Part shown: one piece after another, positions 1-8,311 of the stretch
How positions within the stretch are numbered: the first letter of the stretch is position 1
Layout: each line of letters begins with the position of its first letter
Assembly (NCBI GenBank): GCA_963775425.1
Contig: CAVZJB010000009.1
Span: 1 to 64,000 of the forward strand
Direction of reading: 5' to 3'
DNA from: an uncultured delta proteobacterium
GTDB lineage: Bacteria > Myxococcota > UBA727 > VGSZ01
DNA: 64,000 nt
Notes under the pieces: generated by a model
Told to the model about the DNA's origin: nothing
The model's database searches: none
The model's input: only the letters and a program-made list of their open reading frames with translations
Made by a program: the position numbers and the translations under genes

Positions 1-93
1 GCGTCACGGCCATCGTGAACGCCGAAATCGGGACGGCGTGAACGCTCGGATCGGCGATCGTGATCGGAGCGAAGCGACGCTTTCCGACGGTGT

Positions 94-834
94 TCAGTCC
101 TTGGTGGCCTTCTCCTTCCGCCGCGACGGGCCTTTGAGCTCGATGCGGTGGGCGTTGTGCACAACCCGGTCGCAGATCGAATCCGCGACGGTCGGGTCGT
201 TGATGTAGTCGTGCCAGGCCTTGGTGGGAAGCTGGGTCGTGATGATCGTCGATCGGTTGCCGTAGCGGTCCTCGAGTACGTCGAGGAGGCCCTGGCGGTC
301 TTGGTCTTTCATCGCAGCAAGGCCGAAGTCGTCGATGATGAGCACGTCGACGCGCGCAAGCCGCGTGAGCAGCTTCGCGTACGTTCCGTCGACGCGGGAG
401 AGCGCCAGCTCCTCGTAGAGCCTCGATGCGCGCCGGTAAACCGCGCTCCGGTTCTTCCGGATGGCGGCCTGAGCGAGCGCACAGCCCAGGTACGTCTTCC
501 CCGTTCCGGTGGGGCCGGTGATGATCACGTTCAGGTGTTCGTCGACGAAGGCGCACGTCGCCAAGCGCATGAGAACGCCTTTCTCGATGCCGCGAGCGGC
601 GCCGGTGTCGACGTCCTCGACGCAGGCCTGCGTGAGCCGCAGCTTCGCTTCCTTCATGCGCCGCTTCGTTCGCCGGTTCTGCCGAAGCAGCCATTCCGCG
701 TCGACGAGCAGGCCGAAGCGGTCGTCGAAGTCCATGCTCGCCACCTCTTTGCTCTTCTGCTGCTCGACGTACGCGTCTGCCATTCCGTAGAGCCAGATGT
801 TCCTCAGCTTGTCGATCGTTGGTTCGGTCAACAC
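94..834 (-). CDS. istB: IS21 helper ATPase IstB
   Basis: Walker A GPTGTGKT, Walker B LIIDDFG, DRVVHNAHRIEL. GTG start at 834 behind a GAAGGAG RBS (the ORF track over-extends it to 1053). Confidence 0.93.
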   Translation of the reverse strand: MLTEPTIDKLRNIWLYGMADAYVEQQKSKEVASMDFDDRFGLLVDAEWLLRQNRRTKRRMKEAKLRLTQACVEDVDTGAARGIEKGVLMRLATCAFVDEHLNVIITGPTGTGKTYLGCALAQAAIRKNRSAVYRRASRLYEELALSRVDGTYAKLLTRLARVDVLIIDDFGLAAMKDQDRQGLLDVLEDRYGNRSTIITTQLPTKAWHDYINDPTVADSICDRVVHNAHRIELKGPSRRKEKATKD

Positions 835-844
835 GGTCTCTCCT

Positions 845-2386
845 TCAGTTGTAGTAGCCAGGGCCGCGGATGTTCTCGTGGTCGACGGGCGGCCCGTTGT
901 CGTCGACGGCGTCGGGCATCGGTGCCTCATCGAGGCGGTTCTTGAGGATCGCGGCGACGTGCCGGTAGTTGCGCGCGCCGGCCAGGTGCGCGCGCTTGCA
1001 CGCCCTGTCGACGCGCTCGTTGCCGTACGTCTTCGCGAGTCGGATGATGCCAAGGCTCGGTCGGTAGCCCTGCTCGGGATGTTTCCGCTCAGCGATGAGC
1101 GCCTCGATCAGCGCCTTCACGTTCGGCCCGATCTTCCCGGCCCAATCGATCACGCGCGACGGTGGCCATTCGAGGTGCTCTTGGTGCGCCTTCGGCATGT
1201 GCGCCGTCGTCGTCACGAGCCGCGCCGTTCCGTAGCTGCGCACGTGCGACGCCACGCGCTGGCTCTTGAAGTACAGCTCGACCGTCGTCGCCGTCGCGCG
1301 CACCTCCAGGACTTCGTGCACGAGCGCGTACGGTGCCGAGTACGCGTTGCCGTCGAAGGACACGTGGTAGTCGATGTTGAGGCGCGCCTTGCCCCACTCC
1401 GAGTAGACGAAGCGCTCGACGGGCAGCGGCTTCAGCACCGGCTTGTCGAGAAGCTCGAAGAGCTCGCGACGGCTCTTCTTGTACGCCCGCATCGGCCAAT
1501 CGTTGAGCACCTCGAGCAGCTCGGCGATGCGCTCGTTGAGGGCTTCGAGTGAGAAGAACGCCTCGTTGCGAATGCGCGCGAGGATCCAGCGCTGCGCAAC
1601 CTGCACCGCCACCTCCACCTTCGCCTTGTCGCGAGGCTTCTTTGGCCGTGCCGGCAACACCGCCGTGGAGTAGTGCTCGGCGAGCTCCTCGTACGTGCGC
1701 TGGATCTCCGGGTCGTACCAAGACGACGTCGTCACGCCGCTCTTCAAGTTGTCCGGGACGACGAGCGCGGGGGCGCCGCCGAAGTACTCGAGCATGCGCA
1801 CGTGGCTCTGAATGAAGTCGACGCCCTGCTGCGACCGCGTGGCCTCAGCAAACGTGAAGCTCGACGCACCGAGAACGCCGACGAAGAGCTCGACCGGAAC
1901 GCGCTCGCCGGTCTTCTTGTCGATGATGGATGGCCGCTTGCCCGAGTAGTCGACGAAGGCGCGCTCGCCTGCCTTGTGGACCTGGCGCATCGTCAGCTTC
2001 CGTCGCGCGAGCCAGGCGCGGTACCGATCGCAGAACGCCGTGTAGCGGAGACCGTTCGGGTGCGACTCGAGGTACTCGATGTGCAGCAGCTCGAGCGTCA
2101 CGCCGGGCCGCATCTTCTCGACGTGGATCCACACCGGGTCCGGCTCGTCACGCGCGACACCAGGTTCGACGACGGGGCCGTTGAGCCGCATTTCGAGCGC
2201 GGCCTCGTCGAGCGGCGCGAGCTCCGCCCACGTCAGGCCCGCGGTCTTCGCGCGGTTGATGACCTTGCTGACGACGCCGACGGAGACGCCGGCGCTCAAC
2301 GCGACCTCGCGGCACGAGAGCTTCACCTCGTGCGTGAGCCGCAGAATTTCCCTGACCTTGCGCATAGACAGCCTCGTGTTCGACAT
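845..2386 (-). CDS. istA: IS21 DDE transposase IstA
   Basis: N-terminal HTH, VDYSG, VPDNLKS, KAKVE motifs and C-terminal HENIRGPGYY typical of IstA. Confidence 0.95.
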   Translation of the reverse strand: MSNTRLSMRKVREILRLTHEVKLSCREVALSAGVSVGVVSKVINRAKTAGLTWAELAPLDEAALEMRLNGPVVEPGVARDEPDPVWIHVEKMRPGVTLELLHIEYLESHPNGLRYTAFCDRYRAWLARRKLTMRQVHKAGERAFVDYSGKRPSIIDKKTGERVPVELFVGVLGASSFTFAEATRSQQGVDFIQSHVRMLEYFGGAPALVVPDNLKSGVTTSSWYDPEIQRTYEELAEHYSTAVLPARPKKPRDKAKVEVAVQVAQRWILARIRNEAFFSLEALNERIAELLEVLNDWPMRAYKKSRRELFELLDKPVLKPLPVERFVYSEWGKARLNIDYHVSFDGNAYSAPYALVHEVLEVRATATTVELYFKSQRVASHVRSYGTARLVTTTAHMPKAHQEHLEWPPSRVIDWAGKIGPNVKALIEALIAERKHPEQGYRPSLGIIRLAKTYGNERVDRACKRAHLAGARNYRHVAAILKNRLDEAPMPDAVDDNGPPVDHENIRGPGYYN

Positions 2387-2464
2387 CCGCCCTCCGCGGG
2401 CGGGTGTGGTTCGAGTCGTCCAGCGTCGCCTCGTAGAGCCCGGCCCAAGTGGCCCGAGCCTCGC

Positions 2465-2630
2465 CGTTCACGCCCGGCGGTCCAGGCGTTCACGGCCCCG
2501 ATCTCGGCGTTCACGATGCCGATTCCGGCGTTCACGATGGCCGATTTTCGCGTTCACGATGCCGATCTTGGCGTTCACACGCCGCCGATCCGGGTGTTCA
2601 CGCTCCGCCGATTTTCCCGTTCACGGTGGG
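2465..2630. repeat. IS21 subterminal repeats (about 8 x GTTCAC at 21-23 bp spacing)
   Basis: Directly visible; matches the inverted copies at window positions 1-60. Confidence 0.85.
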
Positions 2631-2909
2631 CCGTCGCACGCAGTTCCCCGTATGTGCGTTGAGCGGCCGCACGGGGTCTCGGTTACCAGAGGGGAGAGGG
2701 GGGGGGAGAGGGAGCGACGGGGGAGGGGTCGAAGGATCGATGAGCGAGCGGAATGACGGCGGTGTCTGATTCGGGTTCGAGCAGGTGGCCGGATCTCAGG
2801 AAGACGAGGGGTCCGTCGCGGATCAGCGCTTCGTGCGGAAGGTCCCGTCAGCAAGTCGGATGCATCATCACTCGTCGAGGCGCGCGACGGTTCGAGTATG
2901 CTGGCGTCG

Positions 2910-4391
2910 ATGCGGATTGTCGTTGGGACGCGGGCGTCGGAGTCGGTGGAGGCGGCGAAGCGGCTCGTCGACGATGTGGAGAGGAGCGGGATCTCGGCGC
3001 GGGTCTTCTTAGACGGGCCGCTCTCGACGAATCTCTGGAAGGGCCGCTACGAAGTTCGGGGGCTCTTGGCTACCGGCGGACAAGGCGCCGTGTTCGAGCT
3101 CGTTGATCTAATGACGATGTCCCACGTCGTTGGCAAGGTGTTCGACCGGAAGAGAGCGCGAGACTGGGACGGGGAGAAGCTCTTTCGGCGGGAGTGCGAG
3201 GCCCTGGCGAGGATCGCCCATCCCCTCGTGCCTCGCTTTGTTGACGCGATGTTCGACGACGACGTGGGTGTTGGCGTCCTCGTGATGGAGCGGTTCTTCG
3301 GAGAGACGCTAGAGGGCTATGTCGCGAGGCGCGGTGCCATCTCGGCGGACGATGTGCCGTGGATGTTGGCCGACGCGCTGAATGCACTCTCGGCCCTTCA
3401 TGCGGAGGGGCTCGTTCACCGCGACGTGAAGCCAGGCAACCTGATGCTCGTTCAGGACAACTCCGTGAGGCTTATCGACTTCGGTGCTGTCGGGGAGATG
3501 CGTATCGGGAGCGAGACACTTGGCGTGGGGACGCTCGCGTACATGGCTCCTGAGCAGCTCCACGGCGAGCGCTCGGTGCGCTCGGATCTCTACTCGCTCG
3601 CCATGACCATGGTCGCAGTCGGAGCCGGACCGGAGGCGTCTGCGCTTCCGCGGCGCGGCGAGACCGTCGACGTGAAGAGGGCGGTTCCAGGCTTTGCGCG
3701 CTCGCTTCAGAGGGTGCTTGTTCGCATGCTTGCGCCGCGGCCAAGCGATCGACCTGGCAGTACGCAAGAGGTTGCGCGAGCGCTTGGAGCGCTCGCGCTC
3801 CGGCGCCGCCCCGAGGTGCCGCTGGTTTTCATCGACGTCCCGAGCTTGATTCCCGAACCTCTGGCGGAACGCGCCGCCGCGCCCAGCGTTTCGATGGCAT
3901 CACAGGGGGCGCCCGAGGCGCCAACGTCCGCGGAGTGGAGCTCGAGTCGTGCGCCAGCGAGGCGGCGGTGCACCAGGTGCGACCGTCTCTGCTTCGTGTC
4001 GGAGCCGGTCTGTTCTCGTTGCGGCCACCTATTCGTGCCTTCGGGCCCGTCGATGACGGCTCCGCCCGCGTTGGGCGCGACGAGCTCAAGTTCCAGCCCT
4101 AGTCCACGGCGCAGCGACGTCGTCCAGTTCGTCGATCGCGGGAGCGGCAGAGATCTGCTCGCCGAGGTGCGGGGTGGCACGCCGAGAGGTAGCGATGATG
4201 GGCCGGCAGGGGCGATTGAGGCAGCGCAGGTGGCAGAGACGTGGGAGGAGGTGGCGAGGGTGTCGATGGAGGCAGCGCCGGGGTGGAACCCCGCGTTGCG
4301 CGTCTCCTACTTCACCGCGGACGGCAGCTGCATCGGAACCGAGAGTCTGGTGGTGGGAGACCGGGAGTCGTTCACGCGCTGGTGGACATGA
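2910..4391 (+). CDS. Hanks-type Ser/Thr protein kinase with a C-terminal Zn ribbon
   Basis: GGQGAV loop, HRDVKPGN, DFG, YMAPE; CTRC...CSRC. Start at 2898 or 2910. Confidence 0.88.
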   Translation: MRIVVGTRASESVEAAKRLVDDVERSGISARVFLDGPLSTNLWKGRYEVRGLLATGGQGAVFELVDLMTMSHVVGKVFDRKRARDWDGEKLFRRECEALARIAHPLVPRFVDAMFDDDVGVGVLVMERFFGETLEGYVARRGAISADDVPWMLADALNALSALHAEGLVHRDVKPGNLMLVQDNSVRLIDFGAVGEMRIGSETLGVGTLAYMAPEQLHGERSVRSDLYSLAMTMVAVGAGPEASALPRRGETVDVKRAVPGFARSLQRVLVRMLAPRPSDRPGSTQEVARALGALALRRRPEVPLVFIDVPSLIPEPLAERAAAPSVSMASQGAPEAPTSAEWSSSRAPARRRCTRCDRLCFVSEPVCSRCGHLFVPSGPSMTAPPALGATSSSSSPSPRRSDVVQFVDRGSGRDLLAEVRGGTPRGSDDGPAGAIEAAQVAETWEEVARVSMEAAPGWNPALRVSYFTADGSCIGTESLVVGDRESFTRWWT

Positions 4392-4881
4392 CGCGCCGGA
4401 GGGCGCCCGATACCGAACAGCGCCGAGCAGGCGTTGTTGCGACAGACGGAGCTTGTTCAACACGCGACGCGAGCGCTGGTCGAGCCCGCTCTATCGGAGG
4501 ACCGGCGGCTCGTGGTTCTCTTCGTGAACGACGTGGAGCTGAAGCCGGGTTTGGCGAGACGCGTCGTGCGCTGACGGGCGCTCGGCGAGACGGGCCGTGC
4601 GGTGAGGAGCGCATCGTCGGTGCTGCGATGTCATTGATGTGCGCCTTTAGAAGCGCGCCTCCGACTCGGCGGCGGTCGAAATCGGGTTGCCGGTGTTGAT
4701 TCCCCTGGCACCCTCGAGCCCAGCGCCGCGTCGGCGCCCGTGGTCTGGGAGCCGGGGACCGCGGCGGAGGCAGCTGCGTGTAGTGCCTCAGCCGGAACGT
4801 GACTCCCGATGCCTCCGCGGAACGGAGGCGCTAGGAGTCAGGGATGGTTGCGCTGGGTTTGCTCGGCACGCAACGTGCCGC

Positions 4882-4901
4882 TGCTGGGGTCGACCCCAGC
4901 A
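4882..4901. repeat. Perfect 20-bp palindrome TGCTGGGG-TCGA-CCCCAGCA
   Basis: Directly visible; sister copy at 5111-5130. Confidence 0.8.
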
Positions 4902-4961
4902 CTTCGGGGGAGAAGGGGCCGAACCCCAGCACCCCGGAGGTTCGTAACTAGGCGAGATATT

Positions 4962-5006
4962 TGGTCGGGGCGACACGATTCGAACGTGCGACTTCCAGTT
5001 CCCAAA
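4962..5006 (-). tRNA. 3' half of tRNA-Pro(TGG); att-site duplication, not a functional tRNA
   Basis: Minus strand TTTGGGA-ACTGG-AAGTC-GCACG-TTCGAAT-CGTGT-CGCCCCG-A-CCA gives anticodon loop, T-arm, acceptor 3' strand and CCA. The 5' half is absent. Confidence 0.88.
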
Positions 5007-5110
5007 TTCGTTCGGGGCCTCGACGACGGAAAACGTGGTGAGAAAGGCGGCGTTCGGACGCAACGGTGAGGGACAGGTCGCAGCCAAGTTTCACCGGAAA
5101 ACACCAGGTC

Positions 5111-5130
5111 TGCTGGGGTGCACCCCAGCA
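5111..5130. repeat. Perfect 20-bp palindrome TGCTGGGG-TGCA-CCCCAGCA
   Basis: Directly visible; further ACCCCAGCA half-sites near 4923, 7854, 8042 and 8120. Confidence 0.8.
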
Positions 5131-5216
5131 AACTGGGTGACCACCCGTATCCGGCCGGCCAAGTACGTCCTCGCGGCGCCACCTCGCCGCGGTAGTCGCG
5201 CGCGCGGAGGTGGTGC

Positions 5217-5540
5217 ATGGCGAGGGAGTCGAGGGCCTCGTGGGCGCGTCGCGTCGCGCGGTGGCAGAAGAGTGGGCTGTCCTGCGCGGAGTTCGCGTCG
5301 CGTGAGGGCGTGAAGGCGAGGACGCTGTCGTGGTGGCGCTGGTTCCTCGGACGCTCGGATGGGCCGACGCGAGCGCTCGCTCGAGCGGAGCCGGCGTTCG
5401 TCGAGATCGAGCCGGTCCTGGTCGAGGCCGCCGGCGAGCGCATCGAAGTGGCGCTGACCAACGGCCGCGTCGTGCGCGTGCCGATGTCGTTCTGCGAGGA
5501 CGCACTCATCCGCGTTCTCACCGCCGCGGAGCGCCGATGA
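5217..5540 (+). CDS. tnpA: IS66 accessory protein TnpA
   Basis: WQKSGLSCAEFASREGV HTH; PAFVEI...IEVALTNGRVVRV. Confidence 0.88.
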   Translation: MARESRASWARRVARWQKSGLSCAEFASREGVKARTLSWWRWFLGRSDGPTRALARAEPAFVEIEPVLVEAAGERIEVALTNGRVVRVPMSFCEDALIRVLTAAERR

Positions 5541-5929
5541 TCCCCGCCGGTCTTCGTATCGTCGTCGCGCTGGCGCCCATCGACATGCGCCGCTCGATTG
5601 ACGGCTTGGTCGCGGCCGTGGCGGACAGGTTCCAGCAGGACGCAGCCGTCGGGCGCGTCGTCTACGCCTTCGCCAACGCGCGCAAGGATCGCGCGAAGCT
5701 ACTCTGGCGCACAGAGCACCAGTGGTGCCTGCTCTACACGCGGCTCGACGCCGGCTATCGCGTGACGCTGCCCGTGGCGAAGGATGGGGTGGCGAGCGTG
5801 TCCGTCGACGCCCGCCAACTGGCGGCGATCCTCGACGGCGCGAAGAAGCGTGCGACGACGCGAGAGATCGTGCGCGAGGCGCGCGCGAAAGTGTCGATTT
5901 CTTCGCCAACCCCGACGCCACGGCGATAG
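5537..5929 (+). CDS. tnpB: IS66 accessory protein TnpB
   Basis: PIDMRRSIDGL, DRAKLLW; ATGA overlap with tnpA. Confidence 0.88.
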   Translation: MIPAGLRIVVALAPIDMRRSIDGLVAAVADRFQQDAAVGRVVYAFANARKDRAKLLWRTEHQWCLLYTRLDAGYRVTLPVAKDGVASVSVDARQLAAILDGAKKRATTREIVREARAKVSISSPTPTPRR

Positions 5930-5937
5930 ATCATGAC

Positions 5938-7674
5938 GTGGCCGAAGAGCTCGCCGTCGATCTCAACGCGTTGCGCGCACGCCACCTCGAAACGGTGGCG
6001 ATGCTCGAGGCGCTGAAGAAGGCGTACGACAAGCTCTTGTTCGAACACGAGCTGTTGAAGCGGCAGGTGTTCGGTCCGAAGGCCGAGCGCATGAAGAACG
6101 CGCAGGCCCAGGCGGAGCTGCCGCTCATCGAGTTCCTCGCGGCGATCGGCCGGCTTCAGGCCGGCGACGAGACCGCCGCCGACGAAGCGCAGAAGGCGCT
6201 CGACGAGGCGAAGGCCGCGCTTGCGAAGAACGACGACGCGGACAAACCGTCGAAGCCCGCGCGCCAGGGGCGGCGCAAGCTCGAGCTCGAGGATCTGCCG
6301 CTTCGCCGCCTCGTGCTGCTTCCGCCGGAGCGGCTCGCCCCCGGCGGCGAGAAGCTGGAGAAGATCGGTGAGGAGGTCACGCAGCTCGTCGAGCGGCAGC
6401 CGGCGTCGATCGTGCGCATCGAGGTTGTGCGTGAGAAGTACGCCGCGCCCGCCGGGGTGGAGCCCGCACCGCCGGCGCCTGCGCCCGTTGATGCGCCGCT
6501 GGCGACGATCGCCGGCGCTCCGCCGCTCGGGCGCGCGCCACTCGCGCGCCGAGTGTTCATCGCCGACGTGCCGGAGCGTACGATCCCGAAGGCGATGGTC
6601 GAGCCGGGGTTCCTCGCGCACGTGTTGGTGTCGAAGCACGCCGACCACATCCCGCTTCATCGTCAGGCGGTCATCTACAAGCGCGAGGGGTTCAAGGTCG
6701 CGCGCTCAACGCTCGGCGAGTGGGTGGACGCATCGACCAACCTGCTCGGCCACATCTTCGACGCGATGTGGAAAAACGCAAAGCACAACGCGTCGTACTC
6801 CATCGTCGACGCCACTGGCGTGCTCGTGCAGGCGAAGGGCGCGTGCAAACGCTGTCACTTCTACGTCGTCGTCGTGCCGAAGGAGCACGTGCTCTTTCGC
6901 TTCACCGAGAAAAACGACGGGCCGACGGTCGCGACGCTGCTCGAAGGCTTCAAGGGCTTCATCCACGCTGACGCGGCGACCGTGTACCACGAGCTTTATC
7001 GCCGCGAGCTCGAGCAGCTCACCGAGGTCGGCTGTTGGTGCCACACGCGGCGGAAGTTCTTCGATGCCCTGTCGTCCGACCGGGAGCGCGCGCTCGTCGG
7101 CATCGGATACATCAGCCATCTCTACGACGCCCACCGCGCGACGCTTGATGAGGACGGCGTCGCCGACACGGAGAAGCGCGCCAAGCTTGCTCGGCCGATC
7201 CTCGCGAAGCTGTTGTGGTGGGCGCGCCGTGAATTTCGCGCGGTCGACGACGGCACGCCGATCCACCTCGCCCTCGGCTATCTCGTGCGCCAGAGACGCG
7301 CGTTGCTTCGCTTCCTCGACGACGGGCGAATACGGCTCGACACCAACCCAGCCGAGCTCGCTCTGCGGCGCGAAGCCGTCGGCAGGAAGAACTGGCTCTT
7401 CCTCGGCAGCGACGACAGCGCAAAGTGGAACACGATCACGGTTTCGCTCATTGCGAGCTGTCAGATGCACGACATCGAGCCCTGGGCGTACCTGCGCGAC
7501 GTGCTGACGCTGCTGCCCTCATGGCCGCAGCAGCGCGTGCTCGAGCTCGCGCCGAAGAACTGGCGCGCCACGCTCGCCACGCTCGAAGTGCAGGAGCGCC
7601 TCGCCGAGCTCCGACTCATCGACCGCGCCACGCCGGTGCACCCGACCGACGCGATCGCTGCCGTCGACCTGTAG
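5938..7674 (+). CDS. tnpC: IS66 DDE transposase TnpC
   Basis: FGPKAER, DHIPLHRQ, GCWCHTRRKF, NPAELALR, GRKNWLFLGS, IEPWAYLRDVL. Start approximate. Confidence 0.93.
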   Translation: MAEELAVDLNALRARHLETVAMLEALKKAYDKLLFEHELLKRQVFGPKAERMKNAQAQAELPLIEFLAAIGRLQAGDETAADEAQKALDEAKAALAKNDDADKPSKPARQGRRKLELEDLPLRRLVLLPPERLAPGGEKLEKIGEEVTQLVERQPASIVRIEVVREKYAAPAGVEPAPPAPAPVDAPLATIAGAPPLGRAPLARRVFIADVPERTIPKAMVEPGFLAHVLVSKHADHIPLHRQAVIYKREGFKVARSTLGEWVDASTNLLGHIFDAMWKNAKHNASYSIVDATGVLVQAKGACKRCHFYVVVVPKEHVLFRFTEKNDGPTVATLLEGFKGFIHADAATVYHELYRRELEQLTEVGCWCHTRRKFFDALSSDRERALVGIGYISHLYDAHRATLDEDGVADTEKRAKLARPILAKLLWWARREFRAVDDGTPIHLALGYLVRQRRALLRFLDDGRIRLDTNPAELALRREAVGRKNWLFLGSDDSAKWNTITVSLIASCQMHDIEPWAYLRDVLTLLPSWPQQRVLELAPKNWRATLATLEVQERLAELRLIDRATPVHPTDAIAAVDL

Positions 7675-7907
7675 GATCTGCGTCGCGTTCGCCGACGCCG
7701 GCGGGGCCCCGCCCACCGGCCAAGTCGCGGTAGCCGCGGTGGGCGGCCCGCCGCCCCCGGGGCAGCGGCCCCGATACGCGCCCACGCCGCCCCCGCCCAC
7801 GCTGGCAGTCGCCGCAGCTCGCGTCCAGACGTGGTTCGCCGGCCGCATACACCACCCCAGCAAGACTTCCAGTTGCGTTGATCTGGGAGTCAAACCGCCA
7901 AATTCGC

Positions 7908-8011
7908 CGTCGACGATGCACAGACGGCACACGTGGAAGTCGCATCTGCGAATCCGTCATCGTCGACGATGAACGGACGGCGCACGTGGAAGTCGCATCT
8001 GCGAATCCGTC
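7908..8011. repeat. Tandem direct repeat, 2 x about 53 bp
   Basis: CGTCGACGATG...CACGTGGAAGTCGCATCTGCGAATCCGTC occurs twice. Confidence 0.8.
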
Positions 8012-8035
8012 GCTGGTCACCCGCCGGCAAACTCC

Positions 8036-8177
8036 GCGACCACCCCAGCAGAGCGCCGTTTGTCGACGGCGAAGCGCCCCAGCGAGACGCCGGCGTCCGG
8101 GCTGAAGGTGGCAGCGACCACCCCAGCAGAGCAGCGTTCGTCGACGACGAGGCGTCCCAGCGAGACGCCGGCGTCCC
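8036..8177. repeat. Direct repeat, 2 x about 64 bp (78-bp period)
   Basis: GCGACCACCCCAGCAGAGC...CCCAGCGAGACGCCGGCGTCC occurs twice. Confidence 0.8.
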
Positions 8178-8311
8178 GAGGCGCGAGCTGCTCACGAACC
8201 CTGCGTTCGCCCTGACGCGGCGTCTGCGCCTGTCTCGCAACGGGGAGGACAAGGGGCTGGCGATCGGAGGGCGCCGTTCGCGCGTGTAAGCTCGGGGGCA
8301 ATCGGGGACCT

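Larger units (their letters stand above)
1..2642 (-). mobile_element. IS21-family element (istA-istB); left end cut by the window edge
   Basis: istA/istB pair. Multiple GTGAAC/GTTCAC subterminal repeats at 1-60 and 2465-2630. Right end ...GTCGCACGCA at 2642 mirrors the first bases of the window. Confidence 0.92.
5147..7850 (+). mobile_element. IS66-family element, copy 1
   Basis: Ends GTATCCGGCCGGC...GCCGGCCGCATAC; tnpA-tnpB-tnpC; 7-bp flanking duplication ACCACCC. Confidence 0.94.

Noticed and set aside
2465-2630. Regularly spaced GTTCAC repeats resembling a mini CRISPR array
   Set aside because: The 21-23 bp period leaves no room for spacers, and the repeats mirror the other IS21 end; they are transposase-binding sites.
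2691-2730. G-rich purine tract as a possible G-quadruplex
   Set aside because: Short, low-complexity and prone to homopolymer error; nothing supports a function.
4962-5006. Functional tRNA-Pro
   Set aside because: The D-arm and the 5' acceptor and anticodon strands are missing.
7908-8177. CRISPR array or retron-type ncRNA
   Set aside because: Only two copies of each unit, no unique spacers and no reverse transcriptase nearby.
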